Shown in pieces: positions 58,168 to 64,000 of a stretch of 64,000 nt of DNA (position 1 is its first letter; each line of letters begins with the position of its first letter). Origin of the DNA: a virus; the IMG/VR virus record IMGVR_UViG_3300035684_000001, positions 1 through 64,000 of that record; one strand, given 5' to 3'. A program made the position numbers and the translations under genes. Under the pieces are notes generated by a model. That model was not told the origin of the DNA. It did not search any database and worked only from the letters and a program-made list of their open reading frames with translations.

Positions 58168-58464
58168 TTACATTTCATCTTCTGGAACATAGTATTCCAA
58201 AATTCTTGGATTTGAGATTTGGTTCCCAAAATCTTGAGCCAATTCCTCTACCGACAAAGCTTGCATTTTTTTCCACAAAGCTTCATGTTCTTCTGATTCC
58301 CAATAAGGGAGCGAATGTACGTCGTTTCTTGGAACTTTTGAGCGACATACTCTTGTCGCTAAATCTAAATCAATATTTAACCGATTGTATCTTTTAACCG
58401 CTAAGGTGATGGCTTCTATTTGTTTTTTGTTAATTGCTGCGATATCAGATTTTTGAAGTTTCAT
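58168..58464 (-). CDS. hypothetical protein (single-gene cassette)
   Basis: 98 aa; promoter embedded in a 21-bp inverted repeat. Confidence 0.6.
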   Translation of the reverse strand: MKLQKSDIAAINKKQIEAITLAVKRYNRLNIDLDLATRVCRSKVPRNDVHSLPYWESEEHEALWKKMQALSVEELAQDFGNQISNPRILEYYVPEDEM

Positions 58465-58474
58465 TGTTTTTTTG

Positions 58475-58533
58475 TTGTAACTTGATTTTGTGTTACTTCT
58501 ACTTGTTTATTTTAACACAAAATCAAGTTACAA
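58475..58533 (-). promoter_or_regulatory. perfect 21-bp inverted repeat enclosing an extended -10
   Basis: TTGTAACTTGATTTTGTGTTA-17 nt-TAACACAAAATCAAGTTACAA; minus-strand TGtTAAAAT. Confidence 0.7.
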
Positions 58534-58568
58534 TTATTGCTGGAGTTAAACGCGATTGCCCGTATTGC

Positions 58569-58829
58569 TTAATTTGCTTTCTTTGTCCAATCTTTGCAAG
58601 AGTGAAGTGCATATGCAGTCCGACAATCTGCTGCCTCAAGTTCGACATTTGATATTTGGGGCGTATTGACGGGACAAACAAAGTCATCTTGCATATTTCC
58701 TGGATTTCCAGTCCAATATATACAATCACAACATCTAATTATTCCAGGATAATCAGGTTGTCTAAACTTTGTCGTTACTGGAATATGTTTTGCTTTGAGT
58801 TGTTCTTGTGTTGATGGAATGTATGTCAT
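58569..58829 (-). CDS. small Cys-rich hypothetical protein
   Basis: CCDCIYW...CPV...CKDW. Confidence 0.55.
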   Translation of the reverse strand: MTYIPSTQEQLKAKHIPVTTKFRQPDYPGIIRCCDCIYWTGNPGNMQDDFVCPVNTPQISNVELEAADCRTAYALHSCKDWTKKAN

Positions 58830-58924
58830 TGTTTTCGTGTTGTAAATCTATAGTTAATTTTAACACAAAAAGGCTACAGATCAAACTAATTTCTCTGCAC
58901 TGTTTTACAACTCGGTTCACATAG

Positions 58925-61666
58925 TTAACGTTGATTATTTACGGAGTCAATATTACCTTGATGCGCTCGAAGGATAGCGATCGTCAGTTCAAGATTATTT
59001 CGTGTCGATTCCAGTACCTCTATTTTAGATTGCAATTCAGAGATTGTATTGGCTTGTGCAAGTAAACTCACGCTTAGAGTACGAATTATCTCAACCAAAA
59101 CATCTTGAGAATTTTCAGAAGACTTTACCGAGCGATCAACCCACAAAACCCAAGTGTCCTTGTTTAGATCCCAGCACTCAATCCGATCGCCGATCGCCCG
59201 ACAAAGTACATTTGGTTCGGTAACTTGAGTATTTGTTGGGGCAGGTGTTGGAATTGGAACGGGATTGGGATTGGGAACAGGCTCGGGGGTCGGGTTTGGA
59301 GTAGGCTCGGGAGTTAGAATTTCGTAAATCGTCAAACTGATAGCATTTGAAATCAGTCCGCTAGTATTTTGTACGGAGACAGACACAGAACCCAAGAGTG
59401 GCGGAACTTCTACTGAGAGTTGAGTAGCGCTTTGGACGATCGCCCCTACACCAAGAACATCCCCAAATTTAACTACTGTACCACTAGCGAAGTTGCTACC
59501 GTTCAAAGTAATTGTTTGACCTACGATCGCCCGTGCTGGAGAAATTGAAACAATACTAGGAGGGGCAGTCGGTGGTGTGACGGGATCGACTGCGGGCGAT
59601 CGGGGGGTGGTTCCAATTTCAAACCAATCATCATTTGAGTTTACTCTTGCTAAAATTTGCTGAGAAGAACCTGTATTTGCAAAATTTTCAACCAAAAATT
59701 CTTTATCTCCCAATCTCGAAGCTTCTATTTCACCAACACGCAAGGAAAATTCCATACCAGGTTTCCGACCAAGAGGAAGATTAGAAAGAGTGATTTTTAT
59801 AGAAGCGGTAATTGCCGCAATAACAGTCTGAATCTGAAATAAATCTTTTTTTCGCAATACAGCTCCAACGAGCGATCGATTTCCTTCCCATGCCCCAATA
59901 TTGGGAGGAATGGTTGACGTGATACCTTCAATAACTATACCTGCTTGCTCAAGTAGAGATCCTTGTTCCAAAGAATAATCAGAATTGAATTTGGAATCTT
60001 GCACTGCAATATTGTCTGGCAAACTAATTTCTTTGAACGCATTTTGGCGACATTCTATGTCAGGATGTAGACGAGTGCCTTGACCAAATTTAATTGCATA
60101 ATTGTTGATATACTTACACCCGGGATACCTATTTCGCATCCACCAACCAATAGAAGCGTCAAAAGTATTATTAAAAAATGAAATATTTTGAAGGTTTCCA
60201 CAAATATTTAACCCAAGAGAAGTTACTCTGGTAATTATATTGTGATGAAAAACAATCTGAGCTGTAGTGTCTTCAAAATAAATTCCACCAGTTCCATAGA
60301 ATTCTTTAGAGTTGTCACCCAATCCTAGACCATCATGCAAATAGTTATTAAAAACTTCCGCTGAAGTTCCTACTGCTGTTCTGGCAACAAGTAAAAGCCC
60401 TCCATCGGTAAAAGTTAAACCTCCATATCCAATGTCGTTGTTGTATACTTTTAGTCCAGTTATATCATTACTTAGTTTTAAGTTTCCATACGGACAATAC
60501 CATACGGTATTTTGTGAAAAACGAGACTCCGCCCCACCAAAATTTACATTTTCAGCATTAATTATTGTGCAATTTTCAACAATTGTACTCTCGTTCCCTG
60601 CTGGAAACAGAAAAGGTCCCATTGAATCTGTAAAGTCACAATCGGAAATCCTTAACCCACTTTTGTTATTGTACAAAGCTGGGTTAATCCATCCCCATGT
60701 GGTTGCATAAAAAATACGATGTGAGTACCACTTAAAAGTGCAATTTTCAAAAACCATACCGGAAGCATTAGTGATATTTGCGCTAGCCCCAATAAAATTT
60801 AAATTTTTAAGCTGGTAATAATTTCTAGACCAAAAATCAATTAATTTTTGTGTTTGCTTTGCTTCTACGATTGAATTAATAGGATTGCTACTATCTGGTA
60901 GCCAAGCGTAAATCGTATTAGAATTAGGTTCTCGCCACCAACTACCTGGGTAAGAAAGAAATTGTTGATGACCAAACAAAAAATAAAGACTGCGATCGTC
61001 AGGCTTGTAAAAAGATTCGTTACCAGGAGACTTAGCCATAAACGTTAGCTTGTCGCCATCATTTGCAATTACTTTCCCGGACAGGAGACTCCATCTAGCT
61101 CCAAGTAAAATAGTGATGTAACTACCTACCAAAGAGTTAGGCGAAAAAATGAGTAATTTGCTATCTGTGATCTCTGCTGTTACATCAGCATTTTTTACGC
61201 TTGGATCGGAGATCCATTCACCGTTATCTACGGTTGCCCATCCATTACAAGATTGTGGATATTCGTCAATCTTGGCTGGAGGCCAGCGGGCCTCGTTTAA
61301 AACAGTACCGTTACAAACAAGAAAATCTTCACCTGCGATAGCTGAAGATTCTCCACACAAAGTAAAAGGCATAGGAGCGCGGTAAATAGCCCGATCGCCA
61401 GTCACGTCGAAAGGCTCCCAGCCCAATAATTGCGTAAAAGCTGAAATATTTACGGTTTCCCCCGGATACGCTTCAATCACAATCGGATTGCTAGCTGTCG
61501 CCCTTCCTTCCGGGAACCAACCCCCTCTGTTCTTGTAGGTTCCGCCGCGCAGGATAACCCGATCGCCCGCAACCGCTTTATTTAAACCCTTGTCAAGAGT
61601 TTTAAGGGGACTGGCGATCGTCCCTAAGTTAGAATCGATTCCGTCTGGCGAGATATAGTAATCCAT
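58925..61666 (-). CDS. right-handed beta-helix protein with IPT/TIG domain, PT/PN linker and coiled-coil tail (possible depolymerase)
   Basis: YYISPDGIDSNLGTIASPLKTL...GDRVILRGGTY; Asn-rich PbH repeats; PSIVSISPARAIVGQTITLNGSNF. Confidence 0.75.
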   Translation of the reverse strand: MDYYISPDGIDSNLGTIASPLKTLDKGLNKAVAGDRVILRGGTYKNRGGWFPEGRATASNPIVIEAYPGETVNISAFTQLLGWEPFDVTGDRAIYRAPMPFTLCGESSAIAGEDFLVCNGTVLNEARWPPAKIDEYPQSCNGWATVDNGEWISDPSVKNADVTAEITDSKLLIFSPNSLVGSYITILLGARWSLLSGKVIANDGDKLTFMAKSPGNESFYKPDDRSLYFLFGHQQFLSYPGSWWREPNSNTIYAWLPDSSNPINSIVEAKQTQKLIDFWSRNYYQLKNLNFIGASANITNASGMVFENCTFKWYSHRIFYATTWGWINPALYNNKSGLRISDCDFTDSMGPFLFPAGNESTIVENCTIINAENVNFGGAESRFSQNTVWYCPYGNLKLSNDITGLKVYNNDIGYGGLTFTDGGLLLVARTAVGTSAEVFNNYLHDGLGLGDNSKEFYGTGGIYFEDTTAQIVFHHNIITRVTSLGLNICGNLQNISFFNNTFDASIGWWMRNRYPGCKYINNYAIKFGQGTRLHPDIECRQNAFKEISLPDNIAVQDSKFNSDYSLEQGSLLEQAGIVIEGITSTIPPNIGAWEGNRSLVGAVLRKKDLFQIQTVIAAITASIKITLSNLPLGRKPGMEFSLRVGEIEASRLGDKEFLVENFANTGSSQQILARVNSNDDWFEIGTTPRSPAVDPVTPPTAPPSIVSISPARAIVGQTITLNGSNFASGTVVKFGDVLGVGAIVQSATQLSVEVPPLLGSVSVSVQNTSGLISNAISLTIYEILTPEPTPNPTPEPVPNPNPVPIPTPAPTNTQVTEPNVLCRAIGDRIECWDLNKDTWVLWVDRSVKSSENSQDVLVEIIRTLSVSLLAQANTISELQSKIEVLESTRNNLELTIAILRAHQGNIDSVNNQR

Positions 61667-61725
61667 GATTAATACCGTAGCAAAGCTATTTTGCTCTTAA
61701 TATTATCACACTTTGCCGAATACAC

Positions 61726-61762
61726 AAAAAAAGCCCTTCAGTAGTTAGCTGAGGGGCTTTTT
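61726..61762. terminator. repeated bidirectional terminator
   Basis: AAAAAAAGCCCTTCAG-TAGTTAG-CTGAGGGGCTTTTT. Confidence 0.8.
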
Positions 61763-61795
61763 GTGTATTAGAGTGTTGGTGTCACTATTTAAGTT

Positions 61796-62431
61796 TTAGG
61801 CTGGTCCGTACTTGTCATGCCAACTGTCTCCTAATGAAGAGAAGTTATCGTTAGAACAACCTGTTTTAAAAGTTCCATTGCTGTGACAGGGCGATCGATC
61901 CTCGTAGATAAAAGAAGTAACTTCCACATACTGCGGAGTTACTTTGTAATGTTCTGCTTCGTAGTATTTGACCAGAAAATAGAAGTTTCCTAGTTCGTTG
62001 TCAAACCAGTTTACAATTTCTTGAGGTTTGCTTTCTCCGCGATCGAAAAAAACATAATCTGCTTCAAATTTTCCATTAGTATCGATTTCTGGATAATTAA
62101 TGGAAAAGTTTTTATTTGCTACTTGTTGAATTGCTTTCTCGCAGGTATGCCCAGAATATTGTTCGTCCCAATCTGGAAAACGAATTATTATTTTTTCGTC
62201 TCTTATTTTTACCATCCAAAAATTGTAACCATCTTTCATGGGTTTGTCTAAAGTTATACTATCTTTATCTATCCTACGTTGATTTTCTGCTTTTATCCAT
62301 TTTTTCTTTTTTTCTTCGTATCGATAAAGAATTTTGGTCTTATGCGTTGGAAACAAGTCGTACTCTTTTTGATAATTGCTAATCTTTTCCCAAAAAGGAT
62401 TTAGAAAACGTTGAGGATTAGGTTTTTTCAT
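61796..62431 (-). CDS. hypothetical protein
   Basis: 211-aa AT-rich ORF. Confidence 0.6.
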   Translation of the reverse strand: MKKPNPQRFLNPFWEKISNYQKEYDLFPTHKTKILYRYEEKKKKWIKAENQRRIDKDSITLDKPMKDGYNFWMVKIRDEKIIIRFPDWDEQYSGHTCEKAIQQVANKNFSINYPEIDTNGKFEADYVFFDRGESKPQEIVNWFDNELGNFYFLVKYYEAEHYKVTPQYVEVTSFIYEDRSPCHSNGTFKTGCSNDNFSSLGDSWHDKYGPA

Positions 62432-62469
62432 GATGTTATGCTTGCGTTTGTTACTTTATTGTAACGCAA

Positions 62470-62507
62470 AAGAGTGACGCAGATCGGTATTAATCTGCGC
62501 CACTCTT
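62470..62507 (-). terminator. terminator of the helicase gene
   Basis: AAGAGTGACGCAGAT/ATCTGCGCCACTCTT stem. Confidence 0.7.
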
Positions 62508-62513
62508 AATTAA

Positions 62514-64000
62514 TTAGTCGCCAAAGAAGTCGCTATCATCGTCGAAATCATTGAGACTGGTACTAACAGGTTCTTCGGCGTCATCATCGAAAAAGTCACT
62601 GTCATCGTCAAAATCATTGCTAAAATCTTCGTCGTCATCGTCGTCGAAGAAATCGCTATCGTCATCAAAATCCTTGAATGTACAAAGATTTATTTCGTCA
62701 TTTGTGTCTTCACGATCGCCCGCAAAGACTTCTACATCTATTGAAGCCAACTTTGGAAGTACAGCTTCACAGGAAGACATAACCCGATCCACCCAGTTGG
62801 GCAATTGCTCTAGAAGTAGTTTTAATTCTTCTATCGTGTCACTGTCTACTCCCTCATAAGTGCAGGGAGAGTCGGTCTGCCAAAACTCATAAGTCTCAGT
62901 AGGTTCTGATTCTTTAGGCTCTGGTTCTTTTTGTGACTCTGCTGGAGAGTCTTGTTCTTGGGGAACTTCTTGAGGATTTAATTGCTCTTCGAGTTCCACT
63001 TGCTCATCTAAGAGTTGCTTTAGTTCTTCGGCTCCTACGAAAGGAGTCGATAGTGCATCCCCCAAAGATTTATAGTTGGCGCGAGCCAGTCTTAACTCCT
63101 CCGTGGATGAGTCGATTTCTTTTTGAATCACATTGCAAATACTCTCAATGTTTAAAGATTCTACAATCTTCGTTCTGTTACTTGAGGGAAGAATGTAGCT
63201 TCCTTTTCCGCCCAGAATTAAATTTATCGAGAGGGTTCGCGGACTTAGTTCTGCGCGTAGTTGGTAATCAGCAAACTTGCCGATAACAGGATTGAATTTG
63301 TTGACCGCCGCAGGATTGTCTTTAATATTTCGCAGGTTATTTAGTTTTTCTGCGATTATCTTGCCAATTTCCTCGGCATTTTTCTTATTGTTATCGATTT
63401 CTTGACCCACCAAGAACAATTTCGGTTCGGCAGTTTTGACTTGTGCCAAATCTGCCTGCATCTTTTCGATCGAATCGCATAGAAAATCTATCCTTTTTAC
63501 GGACCTATCTAAGGCTACAGTGTTTTGATAGCGTTGCTGCTCGTATCCTCTTTGCTGAATCAGCAAAGAATTTACGAGGCGATCAACATCTATTTTGCGC
63601 TTGATGCATTCGTCACCGCTGGCGATCGCCATCATCGTTGCAGCAGAAGCTACAAACGGGTCGATGTCGTCGCTGGCGTTACCGGGAGCTTCTCCCGACA
63701 TCAAGAATTGGAACGATTCTAATTTCTGAAGGATTACCCCCCAGATGTAGGAATCGAAACCGGGTTTACCTTCCACGCCTTGAGTAGCGTAGCGGAAAAT
63801 AAACACGTTGTCGAACAAGTTACCTTGACGCACGATGCGCCCAGATCGCTGTTCGATATCTGAAGGCCTCCAAGGACAATCCATGTCGTGAACGGCCAGC
63901 AGTCGAGATTGGATGTTGACTCCGGTTCCCAGTTTTTGAGTCGAACCCAAAATAACTCGGATTTCACCGGAATTAACTTTTCCCATCATTTTTTTACGAG
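62514..64000 (-). CDS. C-terminal part of a large SNF2-type helicase (DarB-like helicase/methylase); 5' end outside window
   Basis: RVILGSTQKLGTGVNIQ...HDMDCPWRPSDIEQRSGRIVRQGN; FDSYIW..ILQK; acidic repeat tail. Confidence 0.8.
   Translation of the reverse strand, partial: RKKMMGKVNSGEIRVILGSTQKLGTGVNIQSRLLAVHDMDCPWRPSDIEQRSGRIVRQGNLFDNVFIFRYATQGVEGKPGFDSYIWGVILQKLESFQFLMSGEAPGNASDDIDPFVASAATMMAIASGDECIKRKIDVDRLVNSLLIQQRGYEQQRYQNTVALDRSVKRIDFLCDSIEKMQADLAQVKTAEPKLFLVGQEIDNNKKNAEEIGKIIAEKLNNLRNIKDNPAAVNKFNPVIGKFADYQLRAELSPRTLSINLILGGKGSYILPSSNRTKIVESLNIESICNVIQKEIDSSTEELRLARANYKSLGDALSTPFVGAEELKQLLDEQVELEEQLNPQEVPQEQDSPAESQKEPEPKESEPTETYEFWQTDSPCTYEGVDSDTIEELKLLLEQLPNWVDRVMSSCEAVLPKLASIDVEVFAGDREDTNDEINLCTFKDFDDDSDFFDDDDDEDFSNDFDDDSDFFDDDAEEPVSTSLNDFDDDSDFFGD

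Noticed and set aside
59240-59310. Short tandem DNA repeats
   Set aside because: They simply encode the PT/PN linker of the beta-helix protein
1-64000. GGGCGATCG(C) as a novel repeat or MITE
   Set aside because: It is the known cyanobacterial HIP1 octamer

Overview
64-kb segment of a large temperate cyanophage or phage-plasmid. The dense HIP1 octamer GCGATCGC (usually extended to GGGCGATCG) points to a filamentous cyanobacterial host; a Microcoleus/Oscillatoriales-like host is an inference. Recognisable phage functions: terminase large and small subunits, baseplate J, a gp25/W-like wedge, a CIS-tube/GpU-like tail protein, a hub-like protein with RlpA and M15 peptidase domains, RusA, a Gp3-like recombination protein, an O-type replication initiator, HNH endonucleases, an N6-adenine MTase and the 3' part of a DarB-like helicase. 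The virion genes are not clustered: they are dispersed on the minus strand among accessory genes. A plus-strand block (17.2-28 kb) looks plasmid-like, with membrane and coiled-coil proteins and two TraD/FtsK-like P-loop ATPases. Most notable observations: a stand-alone Csx3-like gene in an acr-aca-like unit; tRNA-like RNAs with apparent 6-nt anticodon loops; a duplicated sRNA containing a CRISPR-repeat-like 33-mer; an in-frame inversion that splits a higA gene; a dam gene whose centre is replaced by another MTase; a decayed RNAP alpha-CTD gene; and an orphan TnpB omega-RNA end. No CRISPR array, cas operon, rRNA, reverse transcriptase, capsid, portal or sheath gene was recognised. All family calls come from motif recognition by eye, with no database searches.
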